NCBI GenBank assembly: GCA_965203175.1
Contig: OZ241867.1
Coordinates: 1,920,001 to 1,984,000 of the forward strand
Source of the DNA: Candidatus Latescibacterota bacterium
GTDB lineage: Bacteria; Latescibacterota; UBA2968; UBA8231
Direction: 5' to 3'
Length of the DNA stretch: 64,000 nucleotides
The notes beneath the pieces are model-generated. The model did not search any database, was not told the DNA's origin, and saw only the letters and a list, made by a program, of their open reading frames with translations. Both the position numbers and the translations under genes were made by a program. Shown one piece after another: positions 29,833-39,061 of this stretch (positions within the stretch are counted from its first letter, which is position 1; the number at the start of each line of letters is the position of its first letter).

Positions 29833-31383
29833 TCAGCGAATCCGTTCGCTGCGCAGCCCCATCCAGACGCAGACGGCCATTCCCAAGAGGACAAGAGCGA
29901 ACGGAAAGCCGGTTGCAAGCGAGGCCGCTTGCAGCGAATCCAGCCCTCCCCCAAGCAGGAGCGCGATAGCGACTAACCCTTCAATAGTACACCAGAAGAC
30001 GCGTTGCGCTACTGGGGCATCAACGTTGCCGCCGGCTGCAATGGTGTCCAGAATCAACGAGCCGGAGTCCGACGAGGTAACGAAAAATACGATGGTCAGC
30101 AGGAGCGCCACCGATGAAAGTAGCTTGGTCAGCGGTAGTTGGTCGAACATTTTGAACAATGCAATTTCCAGCTTCCACGCCGCAACATTCTCCGTTACAC
30201 CGGTATAGCCCTCAACCATATTCTGGTGGAGGGCCGTGCCGCCAAAGGCACCAAACCACAGCAAGCATAACAGCATCGGCGGAATGAGGACAAAAATCGT
30301 GAATTCGCGCACAGTGCGGCCCTTGGAAATGCGGGCAATGAACGTACCGATAAAGGGTGCCCAGGCAAACCACCATGCCCAGTAGAAGGTCGTCCAACCG
30401 TGCAGGAAATCCACATCCTCGCGCCCTACCCAGTTACTGAGCGGCACGATATTGGCGAAATAGCTGCCGAGCGTGGAGAACATACTGCGAAAAATGTAGA
30501 GCGTCGGACCGAGTGCAATAACCGCCAGCAGTAACAACAACGCGACAATGATGTTGAACTGGCTAAGGCGCTTGATCCCGACATTAATACCCGCCAACAC
30601 CGAGGTCAGTGCGATGGACGTAATCACCACAATCAGCACCACCATAGTGGTATTCGTCGCGGGGATATCGAACAAATAGTTCAGACCGGAGGTTAGTTGT
30701 TTAACCCCCAAGCCAAGCGAGGTCGCAAGCCCGAACAGACCGGCGAAGATGGCGAACGTATCAATGATGTGGCCGGGCCAGCCCCAGATGCGGTCGCCGA
30801 ACAAGGGATAGAACGCCGAGCGAATGGTGAGTGGCAAGCCCCGATTGTAGGCGAAGTACGCGAGCGCGAGCCCCACGACGCCGTAAATACCCCAACCGTG
30901 CAACCCCCAGTGAAAAACGGTTGCCGCGATGCCAACGGCAGCGGCTTCTTCTGTGCCGGCGGGAAGGCCGAGCGGCGGCTTCTGGAAGTAGTAGATCGGC
31001 TCTGCCACCCCGTAAAACAGCAGACCAATGCCCACGCCAGCCGCAAAGAGCATGGCAAACCAAGTCGCGTTGGAGTACTCGGGTTTTGCATCGGCTCCCC
31101 CGAGGCGCACCTTGCCGAGCGGCGAGCACGCTACATACAGGCAAAAGAGCAAGGTGAGATTGGCGGAAATCAGGAAAAACCAATCGAGGTTTGTCGTGAG
31201 CCACGCGCGGGTATTTTTGAAAACTTCCGTCGCGGATTCCTGGAAGACGAGTGCCCCAGCGACAAAGGCGACGATGGTTATACTGGAGATTGAGAATACG
31301 GGAGTCAGATAGATATCTAAACCGAATAGCTTCCGGTACTCTCCGTCATCCAGCAGCTGTGGTTGTTTTTTATTTTTACACAT
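29833..31383 (-). CDS. BCCT family (betaine/carnitine/choline) transporter
   Basis: WFAMLFAAGVGIGLLFYGVAEP, FHWGLHGW, WTTFYWAWWFAWAPFIGTFIARISKGRTVREF, FFVTSSDSG. Confidence 0.95.
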   Translation of the reverse strand: MCKNKKQPQLLDDGEYRKLFGLDIYLTPVFSISSITIVAFVAGALVFQESATEVFKNTRAWLTTNLDWFFLISANLTLLFCLYVACSPLGKVRLGGADAKPEYSNATWFAMLFAAGVGIGLLFYGVAEPIYYFQKPPLGLPAGTEEAAAVGIAATVFHWGLHGWGIYGVVGLALAYFAYNRGLPLTIRSAFYPLFGDRIWGWPGHIIDTFAIFAGLFGLATSLGLGVKQLTSGLNYLFDIPATNTTMVVLIVVITSIALTSVLAGINVGIKRLSQFNIIVALLLLLAVIALGPTLYIFRSMFSTLGSYFANIVPLSNWVGREDVDFLHGWTTFYWAWWFAWAPFIGTFIARISKGRTVREFTIFVLIPPMLLCLLWFGAFGGTALHQNMVEGYTGVTENVAAWKLEIALFKMFDQLPLTKLLSSVALLLTIVFFVTSSDSGSLILDTIAAGGNVDAPVAQRVFWCTIEGLVAIALLLGGGLDSLQAASLATGFPFALVLLGMAVCVWMGLRSERIR

Positions 31384-31397
31384 ATCGTGAGGAGCAA

Positions 31398-33779
31398 TTA
31401 ATACTCTCCGACTACAGCGTAGTTAGCCTCACCCTCGACAATGCGCAAGAGGCGGTTGGCAGGCACTCCTTCCCAAATCTGGCCTTTGCCGCTGGGCCAG
31501 CGAACCTCCAACCGCTCCACTTGGTCAGCCCGACCCAACCCCAAGTGCAGAGCCAGAGCGTTGCTCGAACCAAAACCGTAGCCGCTAGCCACTTGGCCAT
31601 GGACTTGTCGGTCCTCGCAATAGACTACGACCCGCGCCCCAATGGCGTCGCGATTACTAGCTGTACCCACCAGTTTCAGCCCCAGATAATTGCCGACAGG
31701 TCCGTCGTTGCGATAGAGACTATTGGGCCAAACATCGGCGTCGTAGTGGCCGCCCAAGCCCGCGTACAAATCTATATCGCCATCGGCGTCAAAATCGGCA
31801 AAGGTAGCGCCGTGTCCCTTGCCTAAATTGCCGACTCCTGCGGCGGATGTCACTTCGACAAAACGACCGTCACCCTGATTGAGAAAGAGGGCATTAGGTT
31901 CGAGCCGGTACATCTCAGGGCCGCCATTAGCCAAGTAGATGTCTGGAAAACCATTGTTGTCGACGTCGCCTAGGCCAATGCCCATCGAGCCGAACGAGCG
32001 GCCCAAACCCGCTGGGACTGCAATATCCGCGAACGTTCCGTCGCCGTTATTGAGGTATAAAAAAGGTCGATTGGGCTCAATTGCGCGGCCTTCTACCCAG
32101 CTATTGAGCACATCCTCGAAAGCGCTCATAGTCGAAGCGAAAAGGTCGAGTTGGCCGTCGTTATTAAAATCAAAGAAAAAGGTTACGTAGCCGCCTTCTA
32201 GGGGGAAGATCACCCCAGTTTGGTCCGCTCTGTCCACAAAAGTGCCGTCGGTCCCATTGTGGTAGAGCCGATTGGGCGTGCCAATATTTACGACGTAGAG
32301 ATCCAAATACCCATCTCCATCGTAATCGCCAAAGGCCGTGCCGATGGTCTTGCTCGAATCCGCTGTTCCCGATGCTTGGCCAATATCTACAAACGTCCCA
32401 TCTCGCTGGTTGTACCATAAATTATTGCGTCCACCATCGCCAATGACCCCATTGGCTACATAGAGGTCCAAATACCCGTCGAGATCTACATCGCCCCAAG
32501 CGGCCGTAAAACTGGCTTGGGCCTCGTCTAGGCCCGCTCTTTGCGCCACATCTACAAAGCGATCATCCTCATTGCGATAGAGGGAATTGGCTGCTGCGCC
32601 TTCCCAAGCGTCTCGGGTCACAAAAAGATCGGCGTCCCCATCGTTGTCGAAATCCGCGGCCGCCCCTCCCCAACCACCTCGCGAATCGTCCAAGCCCCAA
32701 AGAAGGGTTACATCCTCAAACCGGCCCTGCCCTTCGTTGCGGTAGAGGGCGTGGGTACTCTGGATACCGACACTGAAGAGATCCTGATCGCCATCGCCGT
32801 CAAAGTCGAGCCAAGCGCTACCCCGACCTCGGTCGCGTTTATCGACGCCGGTCTGGGATCCAATATCGACGAAGGCCACGGCTGAGTTAGCTGACATCTG
32901 GACAAAGGGATTGAAGCGGTAGCGCTCGGGCAAATCCGCCGGATAACCGCCCTGCCGCTCCCAAGCTAGTCTGAGCAGCCATAGGCTTTTGAGGCGTTCG
33001 GGATAGTGGTCCAGATTTTGGTCTACCGCCTGTCGCAGCAACGGGATAACGTCCTTATGGCCGCCCCAAAACGCGGCTGTGCCTGCCAACAATCCAACAT
33101 AACCGTCATCGGGGTAGACTTCGAGCAGCGAGCTAGCCACTTCGACCGCCTCATTAAATTCACCTAGTCGTAGTTGCGCTTCGAGCAACATCAAACCCGC
33201 GTCTCTGTGAGTAGGCGCTTGGCGCAGGATCTGGCGGCTCAGATCGCGGGCTTCGCCCAAATCCATGGTAGAGGCCGCTTTCAACGCTAATTCGGCTAAT
33301 AGCAACTGGGCATCCAAAGACTGGGGATGCTCGCGCAAAACCTCGGTGGCTATGGTTTGAGCTTCCAAAGCCCGGCCTTCAAAGGCCATCAGCCGCGCCT
33401 GGAGGACTCGCGCCTCGGGCCGCCCACGCAAATCGGGCGGAAGCTGTAGAAGAGTCAGACGGATGGGATCGGCTTGGCTTAGATCGCGGCTTGCACTTGG
33501 GCTACACAGCTCCCACAGGATGTTCTGAGCCCGACTCTTGCGCCCCTGCTTGAGGCTGATTTCACTCAAGCGAACTAACGCCACAGTGCTGTCGGGGGCC
33601 AGTTGCAATACTTTCTGGAAGCGCTCGCCGGCTTGGTCAAGGTGGTCGGTGTAGAAGTAGCGCAGCCCTTCCTCGTAGAGCCGATCGCTCTCTGGCTTGG
33701 ATATTTTGGACTCGGAACAGCTTAAAAATGCAGAAAAAAAAGCGAGGATGCCGATGAGACTAACAAATCGATTTGACAT
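31398..33779 (-). CDS. Lipoprotein with TPRs, FG-GAP/VCBS repeats and ASPIC/UnbV domain (CRTAC1-like)
   Basis: Lipobox FLSC, TPRs, many DFDGDGD.DL repeats, SNRDAIGARV...LHLGLG...EVRWPSG. Confidence 0.9.
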   Translation of the reverse strand: MSNRFVSLIGILAFFSAFLSCSESKISKPESDRLYEEGLRYFYTDHLDQAGERFQKVLQLAPDSTVALVRLSEISLKQGRKSRAQNILWELCSPSASRDLSQADPIRLTLLQLPPDLRGRPEARVLQARLMAFEGRALEAQTIATEVLREHPQSLDAQLLLAELALKAASTMDLGEARDLSRQILRQAPTHRDAGLMLLEAQLRLGEFNEAVEVASSLLEVYPDDGYVGLLAGTAAFWGGHKDVIPLLRQAVDQNLDHYPERLKSLWLLRLAWERQGGYPADLPERYRFNPFVQMSANSAVAFVDIGSQTGVDKRDRGRGSAWLDFDGDGDQDLFSVGIQSTHALYRNEGQGRFEDVTLLWGLDDSRGGWGGAAADFDNDGDADLFVTRDAWEGAAANSLYRNEDDRFVDVAQRAGLDEAQASFTAAWGDVDLDGYLDLYVANGVIGDGGRNNLWYNQRDGTFVDIGQASGTADSSKTIGTAFGDYDGDGYLDLYVVNIGTPNRLYHNGTDGTFVDRADQTGVIFPLEGGYVTFFFDFNNDGQLDLFASTMSAFEDVLNSWVEGRAIEPNRPFLYLNNGDGTFADIAVPAGLGRSFGSMGIGLGDVDNNGFPDIYLANGGPEMYRLEPNALFLNQGDGRFVEVTSAAGVGNLGKGHGATFADFDADGDIDLYAGLGGHYDADVWPNSLYRNDGPVGNYLGLKLVGTASNRDAIGARVVVYCEDRQVHGQVASGYGFGSSNALALHLGLGRADQVERLEVRWPSGKGQIWEGVPANRLLRIVEGEANYAVVGEY

Positions 33780-33782
33780 TGC

Positions 33783-35174
33783 TCAGAAAGATGCTTCCAA
33801 CCAAGCCAGTTTGGTCTCGGCTTGGGGATAGTCGGGATTCAGTTCCAGGACCTTCTTGAGTAATGTTTTGGCTTCCTCGTAATTTTTGCGCTGAATTTGG
33901 GTTAGGGCCAAAGCATAGTGGGCCTCAACGTAAACGGGAAGATGCGTCGGGGCCCACTCTAGGGTCCGGCGCAGCGCGACATCGGCTTTCTGGTACTCTT
34001 TGCTCAATAATGAGGAACGGCCTAGGCCAAAGGCGGCACGCACCGAAGTAGAGTCGAGAGCAATAGCCTCTGCAAAAGATTTCTGAGCCGCGGCAAAATC
34101 CCGCGCGAGGAGATGAGTTTCCCCCAATAGCGAATGGGCTTCGACATGTTCGGGCTCTAAACTGAGGATTCGTTCCAAAAGGTGGCGAGCACTTTGCGGG
34201 TCATTTGCCTGTAAATGCACAATACACAAGCTGAGGTACGCGTCGACAAAAGCAGAATCGATCTCTATAGCTTGGGAGAAAGAAGTAATTGCCTGCTCTC
34301 GTTTACCTTTGAGCAGGTAGATTTGCCCCTGATCATAGTGGCGCTTGGCCGCACTCAGGCGCTGGTAAATTTGCAGTGCTTTGGCCGCTTCGTCGGCTCT
34401 TTCCATCCGGTTGAGGACTTGGTGATGCAAATAGTGGGCTTGGGCGTGGCGCGGTTCTTGGGCGATGGCTTGTGCTAGGGCAGACATGGCTTCTCCATGT
34501 CTGCCCGCTTGGGTTTGCAAGGTGGCCAAGGCAACGAGGGCGGCTACGTGCTGGGGTGCCAGCACCAACAGTTTCTCGTATCCAGCCTCGGCTTCGGCGG
34601 GTCTGCCGCTGCGCCCGAGCAATTCGCTGCGGTGGTAGAGGGCATCTACAAAATCAGGTTCTAAATCCAGTGCTGCTTCAAAAGCGGCAATGGCCCCATT
34701 GAAATCTGCCGTAGCTCTCAGAGATTTGCCGAGCTGATAGCGATAGAGCGCTTTTTCTGGTTCCAACTTAATGGCGCGCTGATACTGAAATATAGCCTCG
34801 GGGTAGCGGTGTTCGGCACTAAGAGCATCCCCCAAGACAAAGCGAAAAGAACCATTGAGCGAATCGAGTTCCACAGCCCGTTGAAGCGGGAGAATAGCCA
34901 GCCCGTATTCACCTAGGCGAACGTGAGCTAGCCCCCAGTTAAAGTGGACTGATGGGAGTTTGGGCACCCGTTTTGCGGCTTGGTGCAGAATGGTCAGCGC
35001 TTTGCGCGGCTGGCCCTGTTTTAAAAAGAAAGCCCCTCGGTTGACCAACCGTACACCTTCTGGATCCTGCGCTATAGGGCGAGGGCGAGTCTCTTCGGGA
35101 GGGGGGGTATCAGTGCTGCAAGCATACAAGAGTAGGACACCCCAAAAGGCGCGGCAGCAGCGGTGCATAGACAT
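33783..35174 (-). CDS. TPR lipoprotein
   Basis: Lipobox LYAC followed by about 11 TPR units. Confidence 0.88.
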   Translation of the reverse strand: MSMHRCCRAFWGVLLLYACSTDTPPPEETRPRPIAQDPEGVRLVNRGAFFLKQGQPRKALTILHQAAKRVPKLPSVHFNWGLAHVRLGEYGLAILPLQRAVELDSLNGSFRFVLGDALSAEHRYPEAIFQYQRAIKLEPEKALYRYQLGKSLRATADFNGAIAAFEAALDLEPDFVDALYHRSELLGRSGRPAEAEAGYEKLLVLAPQHVAALVALATLQTQAGRHGEAMSALAQAIAQEPRHAQAHYLHHQVLNRMERADEAAKALQIYQRLSAAKRHYDQGQIYLLKGKREQAITSFSQAIEIDSAFVDAYLSLCIVHLQANDPQSARHLLERILSLEPEHVEAHSLLGETHLLARDFAAAQKSFAEAIALDSTSVRAAFGLGRSSLLSKEYQKADVALRRTLEWAPTHLPVYVEAHYALALTQIQRKNYEEAKTLLKKVLELNPDYPQAETKLAWLEASF

Positions 35175-35290
35175 CGCGGACTCATTCCAATTGTCGCGGG
35201 CCCTTTTTTCTTTTTACCATACATAGGCGTTACGGCAATATAATCCCCGATCTGAAAAGCAGCAATGTACTTACTACAGGCACCCATATC

Positions 35291-38080
35291 GTGCAGCTTC
35301 TGATTGCGCTCATCTGCTTTTTCCTTTCCGGCTTTGCGGGCCTAGTATACGAGGTGGTCTGGATTCGCCAAGCTTCATTGCTGTTCGGCTCCACTACCTT
35401 TGCCCTCAGCACAGTTCTAGCGGTTTTCTTCCTAGGCCTAGCCTGCGGTTCGTACCTCTTCGGCCGCTACGGTCAGCGGACCGGCCATCCTCTACTCGTT
35501 TTTGCTCTGGTTGAAATCGGCTTGGGGCTTTCGGCGCTAGCCAGTCCATATGCCTTCGAATTGGCAGACATCCTCTACGGCGCAGTTTACCGGTCCCTAG
35601 CCGGGCACGCCATTTTGCACTTCCTGACTCGGATTGTTCTAGTGGGATTCGCGGTCTTGCCGCCGACTGTTCTCATGGGTGCCACCCTCCCTCTCTTCTG
35701 TCGTCAGTTTGTGCGCAGCGATGCTAAAATTGTCCGTTCCGTCGGCTTGCTCTACGGCATCAACACTTTGGGCGCAGCCTTGGGTTGTGTCTGCGCCGGA
35801 TTTGTCCTTTTGCCTGAGCTAGGCTTTCTGAGCACAGTGCGACTTGGCGCCGTTCTGAACATACTCGTAGGCATCGTCGCAGGAGCTCTGCCAATCGCCA
35901 GAAGCGGACTGGCTCGACCTCGGCTTCTAAGGACTGAAGAGAGAGGTCATTGGGGTGTATTTGCGCTGTTTTTTGCCGTTGGCTTTGTAGCGTTGGGAAG
36001 CGAGGTGCTGTGGACGCGCTATTTGGGACTTTTGATCGCCAATACAGTGTACACCTACACGCTGACCTTGGCCGTAGTGCTAGTGGGTTTAGTGCTGGGG
36101 AGCGTACTAGCCTCTCTGTTCTTTGATAGGACAATACATAGAGCGCGGTATTTTGGCATTCTCCAGGTGCTTTTAGGGCTGGTGGTACTCCTCCTAATGA
36201 TGCTCCCAGCGGACATCTGGCGACGTCTAGGGGAGGAGTGGTGGGTTTATGCAGTTTTACTGCTGCCTCCCGCTGTTTTAGGAGGTGCATCTTTTCCGCT
36301 GGCGGTGAGAATGGTGGTCGAGGACGCATCCGCAGCGAGTGGTGGCACGGGAAAAATCGCCGCAGTCAACACATTGGGGGGAATCGCGGGGGCGTTGGCG
36401 ATCGGTTTTGTGGGCCTGCCATTCTTCGGTCTGGAGAGCAGTCTCCTCTTCGTCACGGGCACGAGCTTGGCTGTCGGGTTCGCTGCGTGGATCTGGCTCG
36501 ACCGCACATCTACCCCAGCCGTTAAATCGGCATTCATAGGGCTCTTCTCGTGCGTATGGCTCGGAGTTCCCTACCTGCTGCCCACCCGTATTCCCGCCGA
36601 CTTTCTGGGCGAGCGGGAAGAGCTTGTCGGCTTCCGCGAGGGCTACGGCTCCAACTTGGCGGTCATCCGCCAAGATCGTGGACTTCAACTCGAGATCAAC
36701 CGCTGGTGGCAAGGCCGGGATCGCAAAACACACCAAGTAATGGCGGCCCATGTCCCCATGTTGTTGCATCCCGATCCCAAGCGAGTCCTCTTGGTGGGCG
36801 TCGGCACCGGCCAGACCGCAGCTCGCTTCCTGCTCTACTCGATTGACCGCCTAGAGTGCGTCGATATCGAACCCACCATCTTCAGTTTTATCCGCCCCCA
36901 TTTCGACTCCCGGTGGATGGAAGATCCCAGAGTCGAACTGATCGGTGCCGACGGCCGCAACTATCTGCGCCATACCCCTTCAACGTACGATGTGATCTCC
37001 CTCGAATTGGGCCAGCTTTCCCGTCCCGGCGTGGCATCTTTCTATACGGTCGACTTCTATCGCCAAGTGAAAAAACGGCTGCGCTCTGGCGGTTTTCTGG
37101 TCCAATTTGTCCCCTTATCCCTTTTGACCACCAACCATTTTCGCAGCACTGTGCAGAGCTTTCTCAAGGCTTTCCCCCACAGCCTATTGTGGTACAATAC
37201 TTCAGAACTGCTGCTCATCGGCAGTGGACGGGATTTCGCCATTGATCGGACCATTGTCGAAGGACGTCTATCCAGCGAAAAAATTCGCCGCGATCTGGAG
37301 TACAGCCACTGGGGAGGCCCCCTCTACTGGCTCAACCGGCCACAGGTCTTTTTGGGCAGTTATCTGATGGGATCTGGTGGTTTAGCCGAACTGGCGAATG
37401 AGGCTCCGGTCTACGAGGACGATCAGCCCGTTCTCGACTATGCGGTCGCTCGCGCTTTTGTACATCGGACAAACGCACTCCCGACGCTCGATCTTTTGCA
37501 CCAGCATTTAGAACCCCTCGCCGCCTTGATGCCTATTGGGTCCGATGAAAAGAGGACCATTGAGGAAATACGGACCAAAAACCTGCGGGAAATTGCCGCT
37601 AGCGCCGCCCTCCGGCAAGCCAAAGTCCTAATCGCCGTCCGCAACTATCAGGGAGCCTCAAAGCTATTGGCAGGTGCCCTGCACCAACTCCCCGAGCACT
37701 TAGTGGTTAGGCGCACACTAGCGGATGTACTGATGCGCTTGGGCCACTTCGCAGAAGCGAGGGCTCACTACACCCAAGTCGTAGAAATCTCCCCTCGAGA
37801 TGTACAGGCCTTGGACGGCTTGGCTCTGGCATTCCACCAGTTGGGGCACCTCGACGAGGCGATCCACCACTACAAGGCGGCCCTACGGCTACAGCCCGAC
37901 CGGGCGGAAACCTGCAGCAATCTCGGAGGAGCGCTAGCCCGGCGAGGAAAGCTAAAAGAAGCCCAGTTTTATCTCGAAAAAGCACTCAAAATCAAAGCTG
38001 ACTTCGCCGATGCCAAACGCAACCTCGCCCAAGTACAAGCAGCCTTACAGCGAAGGGAAAAGTCGCGCACTGTACCGTGA
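35291..38080 (+). CDS. Fused membrane domain / spermidine synthase-like SAM-binding domain with C-terminal TPRs
   Basis: SGFAGLVYEVVW, LYGINTLGA, VLLVGVGTG, DIEP, DGRNYL, YDVI, then TPRs. Confidence 0.88.
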   Translation: MQLLIALICFFLSGFAGLVYEVVWIRQASLLFGSTTFALSTVLAVFFLGLACGSYLFGRYGQRTGHPLLVFALVEIGLGLSALASPYAFELADILYGAVYRSLAGHAILHFLTRIVLVGFAVLPPTVLMGATLPLFCRQFVRSDAKIVRSVGLLYGINTLGAALGCVCAGFVLLPELGFLSTVRLGAVLNILVGIVAGALPIARSGLARPRLLRTEERGHWGVFALFFAVGFVALGSEVLWTRYLGLLIANTVYTYTLTLAVVLVGLVLGSVLASLFFDRTIHRARYFGILQVLLGLVVLLLMMLPADIWRRLGEEWWVYAVLLLPPAVLGGASFPLAVRMVVEDASAASGGTGKIAAVNTLGGIAGALAIGFVGLPFFGLESSLLFVTGTSLAVGFAAWIWLDRTSTPAVKSAFIGLFSCVWLGVPYLLPTRIPADFLGEREELVGFREGYGSNLAVIRQDRGLQLEINRWWQGRDRKTHQVMAAHVPMLLHPDPKRVLLVGVGTGQTAARFLLYSIDRLECVDIEPTIFSFIRPHFDSRWMEDPRVELIGADGRNYLRHTPSTYDVISLELGQLSRPGVASFYTVDFYRQVKKRLRSGGFLVQFVPLSLLTTNHFRSTVQSFLKAFPHSLLWYNTSELLLIGSGRDFAIDRTIVEGRLSSEKIRRDLEYSHWGGPLYWLNRPQVFLGSYLMGSGGLAELANEAPVYEDDQPVLDYAVARAFVHRTNALPTLDLLHQHLEPLAALMPIGSDEKRTIEEIRTKNLREIAASAALRQAKVLIAVRNYQGASKLLAGALHQLPEHLVVRRTLADVLMRLGHFAEARAHYTQVVEISPRDVQALDGLALAFHQLGHLDEAIHHYKAALRLQPDRAETCSNLGGALARRGKLKEAQFYLEKALKIKADFADAKRNLAQVQAALQRREKSRTVP

Positions 38081-38095
38081 ATCTGGACTCGCTTT

Positions 38096-38992
38096 TTACC
38101 GCACGAGCGTCATCTTGCGGCTCTCTGTTCTATTCCCACTGCGCAAACGGTAAAAGTAAATGCCGGAGGGTACTAGCTGTCCTCCGGCGTCCCGCCCCTC
38201 CCAGTTTACCCTATAACGACCGGTCTGCAACCGCCCAACTACCAGATTGACCACAGGCCGTCCCAAGACGTCGAAAACCTGCAAATGCACTTCTGTTTCA
38301 CTAGACACGCTAAAAGGGATGACCGTGCCGCTGTTAAAGGGATTGGGGTAATTCCTCTCCAACTCAAAATTCCCCGGTTGACTATCCGACATCTCCAGCT
38401 CTGCGGTCGCCTCTAGCTGCTCCAGTTCCTTATCTCCAGCCACAAGCGTCGCACCCAAATTATCCAGCGCCCACCCAATGTGCTGGCGGATAACCTGTTC
38501 GTTGAACCGACGGGCAACAGCGCCCATCGAACGATAGCGCAAAATCCCCTCGTGGTCGATCACCGCGTAGTTATGCTGGGAAAAACCATAGAGGGCCCCT
38601 ACTGCACTGGCCTGGAGAAGAAGAGGGTAGGTCGTCCCTGTTCTCTGGCGAAAACTCAAGTCCACCTGTTGGCTGATGCCATCCGCTACATCCATGCCAA
38701 CCAAGACGAATTCCTCCCCTTTAAAATCCTGCCAAATCCGCTCTATCTTCGCGGCCTCCGCGAGACAGTGACTTCAGATAAAACCAAAAAAATTGATGAA
38801 GACCACCTTGCCGCGGAAGTCGTTCAGAGACACATAGTCGCCCTCTAGCTGCTGCAAAGTGAAGTCCGGCGCTAGATCGCCCACCTCGGGCACTTGCCCC
38901 ATCGTCCCTTGGACGCTTAACAGCAGAGCGATCAGCGGTCCCCCAAAAACACCGCTCCTCACCCTTATACAGTAGTTTCTCACCTTGACCAT
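38096..38992 (-). CDS. Exported AhpC/TSA-TlpA thioredoxin-fold selenoprotein (UxxC) with T9SS type A/FlgD-Ig-like C-terminal domain, 298 aa
   Basis: ORFs 38774-38992 and 38096-38704 are in one frame, separated only by TGA (38774-38776). Readthrough gives APDFTLQQLEG...GKVVFINFFGFI-U-SHC-LAEA...VLVGMDV...VIDHEGILRY, then NYPNPFN...SGIYFYRL...KMTLVR. Confidence 0.85.
38743..38768 (-). promoter_or_regulatory. Putative bacterial SECIS element
   Basis: Starts 5 nt after the UGA: CUGUCU-CGCGG-AGG-CCGCG-(A)-AGAUAG, with a G-containing apical loop about 16 nt from the UGA. Confidence 0.65.
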
Positions 38993-39061
38993 TTTAGTAT
39001 ATTTTGTCTGTTTTATTTGACCCGTAATTTATGTTGGTTCCCGCAAACAGAAGAAGATTCA

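Noticed and set aside
17931-30208. Long antisense ORFs 17931-18887 and 28943-30208 and similar overlaps
   Set aside because: They lie opposite the gluconolactonase, TBDR and BCCT genes, as expected from codon bias.
38096-38992. Nonsense-mutated pseudogene or two separate genes
   Set aside because: The TGA falls exactly at the catalytic Cys position, both halves are intact and in frame, and a SECIS-like hairpin follows. Sec is the more parsimonious reading, though unproven.
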